64,000 nt of DNA from Desulfatiglandales bacterium (GTDB lineage: Bacteria > Desulfobacterota > DSM-4660 > Desulfatiglandales > Desulfatiglandaceae). This document shows positions 10,639 to 20,827 of the stretch, piece after piece. Under the pieces are notes generated by a model. That model was not told the origin of the DNA, ran no database searches, and saw only the letters and a list, made by a program, of their open reading frames with translations. Both the position numbers and the translations under genes were made by a program. Position 1 is the stretch's first letter. Each line of letters begins with the position of its first letter. The DNA is taken from positions 7,360,001-7,424,000 of the forward strand of contig OY759599.1 in assembly GCA_963662465.1 (NCBI GenBank). The letters are read 5' to 3'.

Positions 10639-10693
10639 ACCAGCGTTGCTGGAGATTTTACACGCTTTTTTTAGAAGCTTTTTAACGAAAGAG

Positions 10694-10726
10694 GCGCATT
10701 CCTTGATCTGAAAATGCGCTTTTTTT
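10694..10726 (+). terminator. Putative rho-independent terminator
   Basis: gcgcatt...aatgcgc stem followed by T7. Confidence 0.55.
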
Positions 10727-10762
10727 GCTCAATGTGCTTTTGGCAAGTAATGGAAGTATTCG

Positions 10763-11902
10763 ATGAACACAATGGACAAAATGTCAGGCTCTGAAAAAGG
10801 AATTGAGAATCTTGGCGTCGAGATTACAAACCCTTGTACATTTTTTTCATTGGATCGGAAGATAAGAATCATTGTTCTTAAGTTGGATCAACTGGGGGAT
10901 TTTATCCTTGCCATTCCCGCGCTTGCCCGATTGAGTGAAAAATTTAAAGGCGCGGCAATCGACATTATCGTTGGAGACTGGAACATTCAACTGGCGGAAG
11001 AGCTGAAAATATTCAGAAATATATATGCTTATGATCTGCCGGAAAAAGAGTGGACTGGAACTCCAGATGAACAAAAATCCCTTGAAGATGATCTTTTAAA
11101 ACATTTGGATCAATATGATATTGCAATAGATTTAAGGCGGCACGGAAATACTCGATTCATTCTTTCAAAGATTTCCTCCCGGCTCAAGGTGGGATACCGA
11201 AGTTTTAAAGAATTTGATGGAGATTTGGATATTTGCCTTCACGCTGAATTGGACGAGATGGATATCATTAAGCGTCCGGATAGAGGCTCGATGGCCGTTC
11301 AGTTGCTTGATCTTGTTGAGGCCATACCGGGGCAATCGATTCTGTTGCCTGAGTTGGGAGCTTTGGCTGTATCCGGGAACAAGATCGCTTTTTTTCCAAA
11401 GGCCGGAAATGAGGTCAAAGAATGGCCACTGAAATATTATCTGACGTTGGCAAAAAGGATTAATGAAGAGAATATTGCAGAGGGCATAAATTTTTATTTG
11501 GGATCCTCCGATGGTGAGATCGCCGACCTCTTGGAAGGTGTAGGGAATTCAAGTATTCACGTTGGCCTTGGCATTAAGGAATTGGTGAAATCGTTGTCTG
11601 AAAATTCGCTCACCGTTACCAATGATTCTTTCGGCGCCCATTTGTCCTCTTATTTAGGTCTCCCCACGGTGGTTGTGTTTAGCGGACGCGATGATGTCAG
11701 GGAATGGCATCCCCCTTTTGGAAATACCACCATGATTTATTCCCGTGTAAGCTGTTCCCCGTGCCATTTAACGGAAATTTCACAGTGCCCGAATCATTTG
11801 GTTTGTTTAAATCAGATTTCTGTAAAATCCGTATTTGGCACGATTTTAAAAATTCGCGGAAAGGGTTTTCAACCCAGAAGGATATCTTTCCTTCCCCGAT
11901 GA
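10763..11902 (+). CDS. Glycosyltransferase family 9 (heptosyltransferase-like)
   Basis: 'KLDQLGDFILAIPAL', 'KEWP', 'TNDSFGAHLS', 'CSPC..CP..C'. Confidence 0.9.
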   Translation: MNTMDKMSGSEKGIENLGVEITNPCTFFSLDRKIRIIVLKLDQLGDFILAIPALARLSEKFKGAAIDIIVGDWNIQLAEELKIFRNIYAYDLPEKEWTGTPDEQKSLEDDLLKHLDQYDIAIDLRRHGNTRFILSKISSRLKVGYRSFKEFDGDLDICLHAELDEMDIIKRPDRGSMAVQLLDLVEAIPGQSILLPELGALAVSGNKIAFFPKAGNEVKEWPLKYYLTLAKRINEENIAEGINFYLGSSDGEIADLLEGVGNSSIHVGLGIKELVKSLSENSLTVTNDSFGAHLSSYLGLPTVVVFSGRDDVREWHPPFGNTTMIYSRVSCSPCHLTEISQCPNHLVCLNQISVKSVFGTILKIRGKGFQPRRISFLPR

Positions 11903-11923
11903 ATTGTGTTCATGATGGCGTAA

Positions 11924-13129
11924 ATGTTGGAAAATACCAAACCAAAAATTGCCTTTATCGTCCAACGCTATGGGTCCGATGTTGTTGGTGGTGCTGAAAC
12001 TCTGTGCCGAATTTTAGCTGAACAAATGGTTCAATATTGGGATATTGAAGTTCTGACGACTTGTGCCAGAGATTATGTAAGACGTTTTGAGAATGATTAC
12101 GAATCGGGGAAGACAGCGATTAATGGTGTTTCTGTGAGGCGGTTTGCGATAGACCACTACCGGAGCGATGATCACACTTTTTCAAGCTTGGATCGTAAAG
12201 TCCTTAGACGGGAATCATCCGCCGATGAAGAACTGCTATGGTTAAAGGAAATAGGCCCATATTCTTCTACCTTGATTTCTTATGTTTCGCGCCATGATTG
12301 CGAGTATGATCTTTTCTTTTTTTTCACTTATCTATATGCCACGACAACTTTGATCCTTCCACTGGTTTCCAGTAAATCGTTTTTGATACCGACTGTTCAT
12401 GATGAGCCTCCCCTCCATGCTCGTTTTTTCGATGATTTTTTTAACTTACCCCGTGCTGTTTTTTTCTTGACTGAGGAAGAGCGACAGGTTCTTCAAAAAC
12501 GGGCTGGAATTGATGGCCTTAAATGTGTGGTGACAGGTGTCGGGATTCATCCTCCCCAAGGTTTGTCTCCTCATGTATTCCGTAGAGAATTTAAAATGGA
12601 ATCCTCATTTTTTTTGTATGTCGGAAGGATCCAAAAACAAAAAGGTTGTGATGAGCTTTTTGAATTTTATCTGTCTCTTCCGGAGTCAATAAAAAAGGTC
12701 TATCCGCTGATCCTTGTAGGAAAAAGTGCAATGGAGATCCCGAAGAGCCGATATATTCGGCATATCGGCTTCGTGAGTGAAGGGATGAAATGTAATGCAC
12801 TGGCTGCGGCGAGTTTGCTCATCATGCCTTCCAGAATGGAGAGCCTTAACATGGTTGTGCTTGAATCATGGCTTTGTGGAACAGCTGTGCTTGTAAACGG
12901 TTCTTGTGATGTGCTTCGCGAGCATTGCAGACGAAGCAACGGCGGACTCTGGTATACGGATTTTCATGAATTTGAGCAGTGTATAAGGTTGATGGCTGGA
13001 AACCGGGTTTTGTCATCCGCTTTGGCGAATAATGGTAAAAAATATGTACTGAATAATTACAATTGGGGAGTGGTAACGGATCAATATCTAGAAGTTATCA
13101 GGGGATTTTTAAATGGCTCCCGGCAATAA
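11924..13129 (+). CDS. Glycosyltransferase family 4
   Basis: 'QRYGSDVVGGAE', 'GRIQKQKG', 'PSRMESLNMVVLESW'. Confidence 0.92.
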   Translation: MLENTKPKIAFIVQRYGSDVVGGAETLCRILAEQMVQYWDIEVLTTCARDYVRRFENDYESGKTAINGVSVRRFAIDHYRSDDHTFSSLDRKVLRRESSADEELLWLKEIGPYSSTLISYVSRHDCEYDLFFFFTYLYATTTLILPLVSSKSFLIPTVHDEPPLHARFFDDFFNLPRAVFFLTEEERQVLQKRAGIDGLKCVVTGVGIHPPQGLSPHVFRREFKMESSFFLYVGRIQKQKGCDELFEFYLSLPESIKKVYPLILVGKSAMEIPKSRYIRHIGFVSEGMKCNALAAASLLIMPSRMESLNMVVLESWLCGTAVLVNGSCDVLREHCRRSNGGLWYTDFHEFEQCIRLMAGNRVLSSALANNGKKYVLNNYNWGVVTDQYLEVIRGFLNGSRQ

Positions 13130-16031
13130 GCCCATGATTTTTAGAAGCACATGGTTTGAATCCTGGCGTCGTTCACGCGGTGGGAGAACTTTGCATGTTG
13201 AACGTCCTGCTAGCCCATTTGATCTGTTTATAATGGGCATCGTGGTTTTTAGCTTCACTTCATTGCTTTTCCTTTCTTTTAACGCTTTCAGCTCTTATTA
13301 CGTTCTGGGTGCAACAGGTTTTATTTTCGGTATTTTATCCTGGCGCTTGCGTTTCAAAATCCAATGGAATATTAAAGAATTTCCATTTGTATTGTTTTTT
13401 ATTCTTCTTGGAAGCCTCATTTTTCGCTTTCAGCCCTATCTTTATATTATCGGTGGTCAGGATCAGGGGGTATATGTAAACATGGGGGCGACGTATGAAA
13501 AAAAAGGTAGCACGTTTATTGTTGATAATGTAAGAAAAAAGGCCATCAAAGCAGGTTTGGGAAAGTATTACGATTCTGCAAATCAGATGAACATGGATGA
13601 GGTGAAATCAGGGGCGTATGAAGGGACGTATCTGCCGGGAATTTATATCAAGGATTCCAGAAAATCGGAATACGTTTACCAGTTTTATCCGTTACATCCT
13701 CTCTGGATGGCGGTGACTGGGAAGCTTTTGGGTGAAGACAATTGTGTTTATTCTCTGGTCTTTTTTTCTTTTTTGTCAATAACGGGACTTTACTTCCTTG
13801 GCTTGGAGTTTCCAGGGGGAACTCGTTTTTCTTCGGCGGTTGTTGGAATTCTGATTGCCTTGAACCCTCTGCATGCTTTTTTTTCAAAATTTCCTGTAAG
13901 CGAAATCGTGGCTTTGGGCTATTCTTCTTTAGGATTTCTTTATCTGTTTCGGTACTACAATAAGACCTCGGGGGCTGTTTCTAAAACCTTGTATCTGTAC
14001 TTGTCCGCGGGATTGTTTGGCTGTATGTTTTTCACTCGGATTACCGGTTTTATGTATATGCCGGTTTTTTACTTTCTGTTTCTTGTCACCCTCATATGGG
14101 AGAAGAGGGCAATCGTGAGGAAACAGCTCTCTTTTTTTTTCCTGACTGTTTTTGGCTTGTACGTATTGTCTGTTGCCTACGGTCTGATTTATTCCTATCC
14201 ATATTGTCATGATATATACCAAGCATCTTTCAGTAGGATATCCCACGCATCGTGGGAAACGGGCATATATTATACGGTTGGGGCAGCGGCCTGTTTATTA
14301 TTGATTGTGTGGGCTTTTAGAAAATCGATAGCTGAAATATTTGAAAAAAATCAGGTCCTAAAGAAAGCAAGAGAAAATATAAATGTAATTTTTTGTTTGG
14401 CCCTGACAGCGATTCTGTTCCTTTCGTTTTATAAGACATACCAATTTGGTTTTACGGATCACTACTCAAAGATCCGTTGGGGCTTTGGTGGACTTGGTTG
14501 GTCATCAATGAAATACTCTAATATCGTTGTTGCCATAGAGTATCTGTCGCCAATGGCGTTTGCTGTTTTTCTTTGGGGCGTGTTGGCCGTGTTCCCGGGC
14601 AAAAGAGATATTTCATGGATCTCTTTAATGTTTTTTTTATGTATGTTTTGGTATTTGGCTACAGTGATCCGATTTTTTACGCCCTATCAATACTATTATG
14701 CGCGTTACTTGCTTACAGAGGTGATTCCCTATACGCTGCTTGCTGTTTCATTGGCGCTAGGAATTTTTTTTCAAAAAGGTAGGCTGGGTAAGACCATTGC
14801 GTTGTCTTTGGCTATAACAATTGCCGGTTATTTTCTATATTTTACAGCTTTTCAATTCATGGGTGAAAGTGCGGATGGCGCCTATGCAGGCATTAAAAAA
14901 ATCGACGAGCTAGTGGATGAGGATGACGTAATATTTTTGTATAGAGTTGATTCTCAGTTACCGTGGGATTTGAGAACGCCTCTTTCCTTTTTCTTTGACA
15001 TGAATACATGTGTTTTGACCAAAATAGCTGATATGGAATCCATAAAAGGGAAATTTTTTTTGATGAAATTTAAAAATGCGTTTATTCTATCTCGAGATCT
15101 GCTAACATTCCCTTTTCTGGAGTTTGTTGATGAAATTAATTTAAAGATTGGAGATTTTGTTGAATCCACTGGTATCCCTAGAAAATATAAATATTCACAT
15201 AAAATTCTTTTCCTTTATAAATTATCTAAAGAGGATCTGACATCAAAGGTGATTTATCCCCTGGAAAAGGTCGATGACCTTGTCAATTTCTACAACGGGG
15301 TGTGGACCAATGGCAATGGGATTATTCGAAACATCGACTATCGATTGGAGCCGAAAGATCGATTTGTTCGAATTGAAACCAACGGGAATGTGCCTGGCAT
15401 GCATGAAAGTACATGGCCAAAACCCGAACTGTATCTTAACGGAATACAACAGGCATATTATTCTAAATCAAAAAATTCCTTTGTCTTTCAGATCATGGGA
15501 GGGATAGCCGTCATTCGAGATCTTCGGATTGTTTCCGAGACCTTTGTTCCCAAGGAGAAAGGGATCGGCAATGATATCAGAGTGCTGGGTATGGATGTGA
15601 GTTATGTTGTCATTGATGATAAATGCCTTACCAATGTGATTAATCCCATGAGCTTCAAGGGTGACCTTGCTCATTTTTATGATGGTGTTTGGACCGATGG
15701 TAATGGCATGATTCGCAATATACAATATGAACTGAAACCGTCGGATCGGTTTGTCTGTATTCATACAAATGGGTGGAATCCTCTTATTTATGATAACAAA
15801 TGGTCAGAACCTGAACTGTATATAAACGGGATACAACAGGCATATTATTCTAAATCAAAAAAAACTTTTGTTTTTAAGATCGTGGGGGATATTCGCGTTG
15901 TTCATCAGATTCGTATCGTTTCGGATACATTTATACCAAATGAGAATGGAATGGGAAATGATAATAGGAGGTTGGGGCTAGACGTTTCGTCTATTGAAAT
16001 TATAGGAGAGCTCCCGTCCGCAATTCCTTGA
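13113..16031 (+). CDS. Large multi-TM GT-C-like membrane protein with two tandem 129-aa C-terminal periplasmic modules
   Basis: 'GGQDQGVY' first loop, 'YQFYPLHPLW', 'FSKFPVSE', 'YYYARYL'; tandem modules 387 nt apart. Confidence 0.75.
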   Translation: MAPGNKPMIFRSTWFESWRRSRGGRTLHVERPASPFDLFIMGIVVFSFTSLLFLSFNAFSSYYVLGATGFIFGILSWRLRFKIQWNIKEFPFVLFFILLGSLIFRFQPYLYIIGGQDQGVYVNMGATYEKKGSTFIVDNVRKKAIKAGLGKYYDSANQMNMDEVKSGAYEGTYLPGIYIKDSRKSEYVYQFYPLHPLWMAVTGKLLGEDNCVYSLVFFSFLSITGLYFLGLEFPGGTRFSSAVVGILIALNPLHAFFSKFPVSEIVALGYSSLGFLYLFRYYNKTSGAVSKTLYLYLSAGLFGCMFFTRITGFMYMPVFYFLFLVTLIWEKRAIVRKQLSFFFLTVFGLYVLSVAYGLIYSYPYCHDIYQASFSRISHASWETGIYYTVGAAACLLLIVWAFRKSIAEIFEKNQVLKKARENINVIFCLALTAILFLSFYKTYQFGFTDHYSKIRWGFGGLGWSSMKYSNIVVAIEYLSPMAFAVFLWGVLAVFPGKRDISWISLMFFLCMFWYLATVIRFFTPYQYYYARYLLTEVIPYTLLAVSLALGIFFQKGRLGKTIALSLAITIAGYFLYFTAFQFMGESADGAYAGIKKIDELVDEDDVIFLYRVDSQLPWDLRTPLSFFFDMNTCVLTKIADMESIKGKFFLMKFKNAFILSRDLLTFPFLEFVDEINLKIGDFVESTGIPRKYKYSHKILFLYKLSKEDLTSKVIYPLEKVDDLVNFYNGVWTNGNGIIRNIDYRLEPKDRFVRIETNGNVPGMHESTWPKPELYLNGIQQAYYSKSKNSFVFQIMGGIAVIRDLRIVSETFVPKEKGIGNDIRVLGMDVSYVVIDDKCLTNVINPMSFKGDLAHFYDGVWTDGNGMIRNIQYELKPSDRFVCIHTNGWNPLIYDNKWSEPELYINGIQQAYYSKSKKTFVFKIVGDIRVVHQIRIVSDTFIPNENGMGNDNRRLGLDVSSIEIIGELPSAIP

Positions 16032-16173
16032 TGGCGGTTGTTAATAAATTTTTGGCGCTATGTTAACTCTATTTTTTTCTTGGGACGGCCTTTCAAAATA
16101 AGGGATAAATTAAATCATTGCATCGGCTCAACTACGTTGGTGGAGGAGTTAAGCCAGATACTGGGTAACTAGA

Positions 16174-17124
16174 ATGAAAAAGCTCATTATTCAGATTCCG
16201 TGCTACAATGAGGAAGAGACATTGCCTATTACGCTTGCCGCACTTCCTAAAAAAGTGCCCGGTGTGGATGTAGTTGAATGGCTGATTATTGATGATGGCA
16301 GTACGGATCAGACTTTGAAGGTGGCCAGGGAACATGGTGTGGTTCACACCGTTTCCCATCCCAAAAATTTGGGTTTGGCAAAGGCGTTTATGACCGGGAT
16401 CAGTGAGAGCCTTAAGCGTGGAGCGGACATTATCGTCAACACTGATGCGGATAATCAGTACTGTGCGGACGATATCCCCAAGCTTATAAAACCCATTCTG
16501 TTGGGTGAAGCGGAAATTGTGGTGGGTGCGCGTCCCATCTCGGAAATCAAACATTTTTCGTCGGTGAAGAAAATGCTTCAGAAACTGGGAAGTTGGACTG
16601 TTCGTATTGCAAGCAAAACAGATATCCCTGATGCCACCAGTGGTTTTAGAGCTATTTCAAAAAACGCAGCTGGGCAGCTGAATGTATTTAATAACTATAC
16701 CTACACACTTGAAACAATAATACAGGCAGGACAGAAAGACATCCCCATTACATGGATTCCCATACGTGTCAATAAGGACCTTCGCCCATCGAGGTTGATA
16801 AAGAGCATCCCAACGTATATTAGAAGATCCATAATGACCATTTTGAGGATATTCGTGGTTTATAAACCCTTCAGGTTTTTTATGACCATTGGGGCCGGTC
16901 TTTTAGCGGTGGGCACGTTAATCGGGGCCCGCTTTTTATATTATTATTTTATCGAGAATGGTGATGGTCATATTCAGTCTCTCATTCTTGCCAGTATCCT
17001 GATCGGGGTAGGTTTTCAAACTATCATGGTCGCATTTGTGGCCGATCTCCTGAGCGTCAACAGGAGGTTGCTGGAGGCGTTGCAGACTGGGAAGAGAAAG
17101 GATGGTCATGAGGAATCATCCTGA
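16174..17124 (+). CDS. Glycosyltransferase family 2 (polyprenyl-phosphate glycosyltransferase-like, C-terminal TM helices)
   Basis: 'IPCYNEE', 'IDDGSTD', 'TDADNQY', two C-terminal TM segments. Confidence 0.92.
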   Translation: MKKLIIQIPCYNEEETLPITLAALPKKVPGVDVVEWLIIDDGSTDQTLKVAREHGVVHTVSHPKNLGLAKAFMTGISESLKRGADIIVNTDADNQYCADDIPKLIKPILLGEAEIVVGARPISEIKHFSSVKKMLQKLGSWTVRIASKTDIPDATSGFRAISKNAAGQLNVFNNYTYTLETIIQAGQKDIPITWIPIRVNKDLRPSRLIKSIPTYIRRSIMTILRIFVVYKPFRFFMTIGAGLLAVGTLIGARFLYYYFIENGDGHIQSLILASILIGVGFQTIMVAFVADLLSVNRRLLEALQTGKRKDGHEESS

Positions 17125-17323
17125 TTGAGGTGTAAGATTCCAGGTTTCAGGTTTAATGCGGTACAGGAGAACTGTAGCGCCAGGGGCTGAAAAGGAGTCC
17201 AAAAGACGTCCGAAGTTGTTGAGATGCTTTTTGATTGGGCAATGGACCATATCTCATAGAATGAAAATTCATGATATAGACGAGGAACGGAATCTAGATT
17301 TTTTCTAGAAAGGCGATTGTCAA

Positions 17324-18121
17324 ATGAAAGTTGTGATCTTATGTGGAGGAGAGGGAACGCGAATTCGATCGGTATCAAATGAGGTTCCCAAGCCAATGGT
17401 CGAAATCGGGAATTTTCCGATCCTTTGGCATATCATGAAATACTACTCATGCTGGAATTATAAAAATTTTGTTTTATGCTTGGGATATAAAGGTAAGGTT
17501 ATTAAGGATTTTTTTTTGAATTATAAGGCACATGTAAGTGATTTTACAATTGATTTAGAAAAAAGTAACGATATCGACTATCATAATGAAACCCTCGGTT
17601 TGGATTGGAAAGTTACCCTTGCGGAAACGGGACTAAAGACCATGACAGGCGGGAGGATTGGTCGGATCAAAAAATACCTTCATGATGATCATGCTTTTAT
17701 GCTTACATATGGTGATGGTCTTGGTAATATAAATCTCGATGATCTGATTCGTTTTCATAAACATCATGGAAAGATCTTGACAGTGACCGGTGTAAGGCCT
17801 CCAGGGCGGTTCGGAGAACTGGTGGGGGATTCCCAAGGAACGGTTATCGAGTTTAATGAGAAACCGCAGGCCACGGGAGGAAGGATTTCGGGTGGTTTTT
17901 TTGTCTGTAGACGAGAGATTTTTGACTATTTAGATGAGAGTAAAGGTCTGGTTTTTGAAAAAGAGCCCATGAGGAATCTCGTCAGAGACAATCAGTTAAT
18001 GGTTTATGATCACGATGGCTTCTGGCAGTGTATGGATACCTATCGTGACTATCAGCTCTTGAACAATCTTTTTGACGCTGGGGAAGCCCCTTGGATGATT
18101 TGGGGGCGAAGCACCAACTAA
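17324..18121 (+). CDS. rfbF: Glucose-1-phosphate cytidylyltransferase
   Basis: 'ILCGGEGTRI..PKPMVEIG', 'TMTGGRI', 'LTYGDG', 'GFWQCMDTYRD'. Confidence 0.94.
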   Translation: MKVVILCGGEGTRIRSVSNEVPKPMVEIGNFPILWHIMKYYSCWNYKNFVLCLGYKGKVIKDFFLNYKAHVSDFTIDLEKSNDIDYHNETLGLDWKVTLAETGLKTMTGGRIGRIKKYLHDDHAFMLTYGDGLGNINLDDLIRFHKHHGKILTVTGVRPPGRFGELVGDSQGTVIEFNEKPQATGGRISGGFFVCRREIFDYLDESKGLVFEKEPMRNLVRDNQLMVYDHDGFWQCMDTYRDYQLLNNLFDAGEAPWMIWGRSTN

Positions 18122-18167
18122 AGGTGATATCCTGTTGACGGTCGATATTCTGGAGGTACATGAGATT

Positions 18168-18617
18168 ATGGTGGAAGGTGTTAAGATAAATCAACTCAGA
18201 CAAATATTAGATGAACGTGGGAAAGTGATGCATATGTTGCGGAATGATGATGTGTGCTTTGATCGGTTTGGCGAGATCTATTTTTCCTGCATATATCCGG
18301 GAACAATCAAAGCCTGGCATTTACACAAAGAGATGACCCTCAACTATGCGGTCCCTTTTGGTAATATCAAGTTCGTGCTTTACGATGATCGGCCGGGGAG
18401 TCAAACCAGGGGTGAAAGGCAGGAAATTTTCCTGGGGCCGGATAACTATTGTCTGGTTACAGTTCCTCCCCTTGTTTGGAATGGTTTTAAAGGGCTCGGT
18501 AATGCAATGACCATCGTGGCCAATTGCGCGACACTTCCCCATGACCCTTCGGAAATTGAGCGTCGTGATCCTTTTGACCCCTACTTCTCTTATGATTGGG
18601 AAATAAAACACGGGTAA
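18168..18617 (+). CDS. RmlC-like cupin NDP-4-keto-6-deoxyhexose 3(,5)-epimerase
   Basis: 'DERGKVMHML', 'IKAWHLH', 'VPPLVWNGF'; ATG at 18168 after GGAGGT. Confidence 0.88.
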   Translation: MVEGVKINQLRQILDERGKVMHMLRNDDVCFDRFGEIYFSCIYPGTIKAWHLHKEMTLNYAVPFGNIKFVLYDDRPGSQTRGERQEIFLGPDNYCLVTVPPLVWNGFKGLGNAMTIVANCATLPHDPSEIERRDPFDPYFSYDWEIKHG

Positions 18618-18690
18618 ACGGAAAGACTATACCTCTGATCTTGGATCCATTTTTCATGTATGTATTTATTTTAACCCGGTTAAAAATGAT

Positions 18691-19800
18691 ATGGAAAATC
18701 TCTTTTTAGGCAGTTACAAAAATAGACGGGTTCTTATTACTGGGCACACGGGATTTAAGGGTAGCTGGTTAGCTCTTTTTACCCTTCATCTGGGTGCCGA
18801 AGTAGCAGGATATTCAATGGATGTTCCTACAGAACCCAGCAACTTCGAAATATGTGCTCTTTCCCATTATTTGGACCATTTTATTGGGGATGTAAGGGAT
18901 TACGATCGGCTTCAAAGCGTGTTTTCGCGGTTTGAGCCCGAAATTGTTTTTCACCTTGCGGCGCAACCCATTGTCAGGGAATCTTACCGAAATCCAAAAT
19001 TGACCTTTGATACAAATATCGGAGGTACGGTCAATTTGCTGGAGTGTGTTCGAAGGACGGATTCCGTCAAAGCGGTGGTGGTGATTACAAGTGATAAATG
19101 CTATAAAAATTTTGAGTGGGAGTGGGGATATCGAGAATGTGATATTCTGGGTGGAAAGGACCCGTATAGTTCCTCAAAGGCATGCTCTGAATTAATTTGT
19201 CGATCCTATTATGACTCCTTTTTTTCTGGAAAAGTTTTTCCTCGTGTCGCTACAGCTAGGGCCGGAAATGTGATCGGGGGAGGCGACTGGGCATATGATC
19301 GAATTATTCCGGATTGTGTGAAAGCGTTTATCAAAAGGGAAGCAGTTGTTATGAGGAATCCGATGTCTGTGCGACCCTGGCAACATGTTCTCGAGCCTTT
19401 GAGTGGTTATTTGTGGCTCGGAGCATTACTCTTGGAAAAGGGGAGTGCTAAGTCGGGTGATGCCTATAATTTTGGGCCCTTGTATGACTTCAATCAAACT
19501 GTTCAAGAGGTAGTCCGCCAATTTTCTGAACATTGGGAAGGGAGTCGATGGTTGATTTCTGGAAATAAATCCGAAAAGAGGCAAGAATCGGGCGTTTTGA
19601 ATTTAAACTGCGATAAGGCTCGGCATTTCTTGAAATGGCATGCTTTGTTAACTTTAGAAGAAACCATAAGGATGACAGCGGATTGGTATAAGTCCCACTA
19701 TTTGGAAAATTGCAACATGTATCAATTTTCGATAAAACAGATTAATGATTATATCGAAAAGGCTGCACGTCTGAAGTTGAAATGGACTGAGGTCGTTTAG
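18691..19800 (+). CDS. rfbG: CDP-glucose 4,6-dehydratase
   Basis: 'TGHTGFKGSWL', 'HLAAQPIV', 'TSDKCY', 'DPYSSSKA', 'RAGNVIGGGDW', 'RPWQHVLEPL'. Confidence 0.95.
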   Translation: MENLFLGSYKNRRVLITGHTGFKGSWLALFTLHLGAEVAGYSMDVPTEPSNFEICALSHYLDHFIGDVRDYDRLQSVFSRFEPEIVFHLAAQPIVRESYRNPKLTFDTNIGGTVNLLECVRRTDSVKAVVVITSDKCYKNFEWEWGYRECDILGGKDPYSSSKACSELICRSYYDSFFSGKVFPRVATARAGNVIGGGDWAYDRIIPDCVKAFIKREAVVMRNPMSVRPWQHVLEPLSGYLWLGALLLEKGSAKSGDAYNFGPLYDFNQTVQEVVRQFSEHWEGSRWLISGNKSEKRQESGVLNLNCDKARHFLKWHALLTLEETIRMTADWYKSHYLENCNMYQFSIKQINDYIEKAARLKLKWTEVV

Positions 19801-19801
19801 T

Positions 19802-20773
19802 ATGGTACCCAAAACAGTTCTTATTACCGGTGGTTTAGGATATCTCGGTGGGCGAATGGCCGCCTATCTAAAAAGGAAGCATCCTCATGTCAATATTGTT
19901 TTGAGTACAAGAAAGCAGAGAATTCCAAAATGGGCTCATGGGTTCAAAATTGTACAAATGGACTTGGCGCAACTGGATGGCGAAATGGATTGGTTGAGCA
20001 ACGTGGATGTAATCATTCATTTGGCAGCGATGCATCAAACGGATTGTGAGAAAAACCCTAGAAAAGCCTTTGAGGTCAACACATTAGGGACATACGATCT
20101 TTTAAGGGCTGCTTTTGAAAAAAATGTAAGGTATGTGGTTTATTTTTCAACATTTCATGTTTATGGTCCCCCTGGGAAAGATGTTTTAATTGAAGATTCT
20201 CCAACCCGCTGTGTTCACCCATATGCATATACGCATCGGGCCGCTGAAGATGTGGTCAATTATTTTAGCCACTACAAACAGGTTTGTTCCATAATCTTCC
20301 GAGGTTCAAATGGTTATGGTTATCCAATGAATATCGACGTGGACCAATGGATGTTGGTTTTCAATGACTTCTGTAAACAGGCTGTAACGACCAGGAGGAT
20401 CGTCATTAATTCTTCCGGTAAGCAGCATAGGAATTTTATTTGTTTGGAAGATATGGCCCGAGCTGTTGAACACTTTCTTTTTGATCCGGGGTGTGTCTGG
20501 GGGAATGAAGTTTATAATTTGGCTGGAGATCGTTCCATATCCATATATAAGGTTGCTGAAAGAGTTGCAGAGATATATGAGTGGAAATATAAGAAAAGCG
20601 TAAAGGAAATTGCGGTCAAGACGGAACGGGGTTCAGATGGGGAAGGATTGCCGGTTCATATTAGTATGGAGAAATTAAAAAGGACCGGTTTCAGGCTGAA
20701 AGGAGATATGGACCTTGAAATCGATAAAACCCTGGGGATATGTGAGGGATTTGTGAACGCGGGTCGGTTTTGA
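19802..20773 (+). CDS. NAD(P)-dependent SDR epimerase/4-reductase
   Basis: 'ITGGLGYLGG', 'FSTFHVYG', atypical YAYTH catalytic motif. Confidence 0.85.
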   Translation: MVPKTVLITGGLGYLGGRMAAYLKRKHPHVNIVLSTRKQRIPKWAHGFKIVQMDLAQLDGEMDWLSNVDVIIHLAAMHQTDCEKNPRKAFEVNTLGTYDLLRAAFEKNVRYVVYFSTFHVYGPPGKDVLIEDSPTRCVHPYAYTHRAAEDVVNYFSHYKQVCSIIFRGSNGYGYPMNIDVDQWMLVFNDFCKQAVTTRRIVINSSGKQHRNFICLEDMARAVEHFLFDPGCVWGNEVYNLAGDRSISIYKVAERVAEIYEWKYKKSVKEIAVKTERGSDGEGLPVHISMEKLKRTGFRLKGDMDLEIDKTLGICEGFVNAGRF

Positions 20774-20827
20774 TGGGATTTTAAGGTTAGTGTAACCTCA
20801 TTTTTTAACCCTAAATAATAGTGAAGA

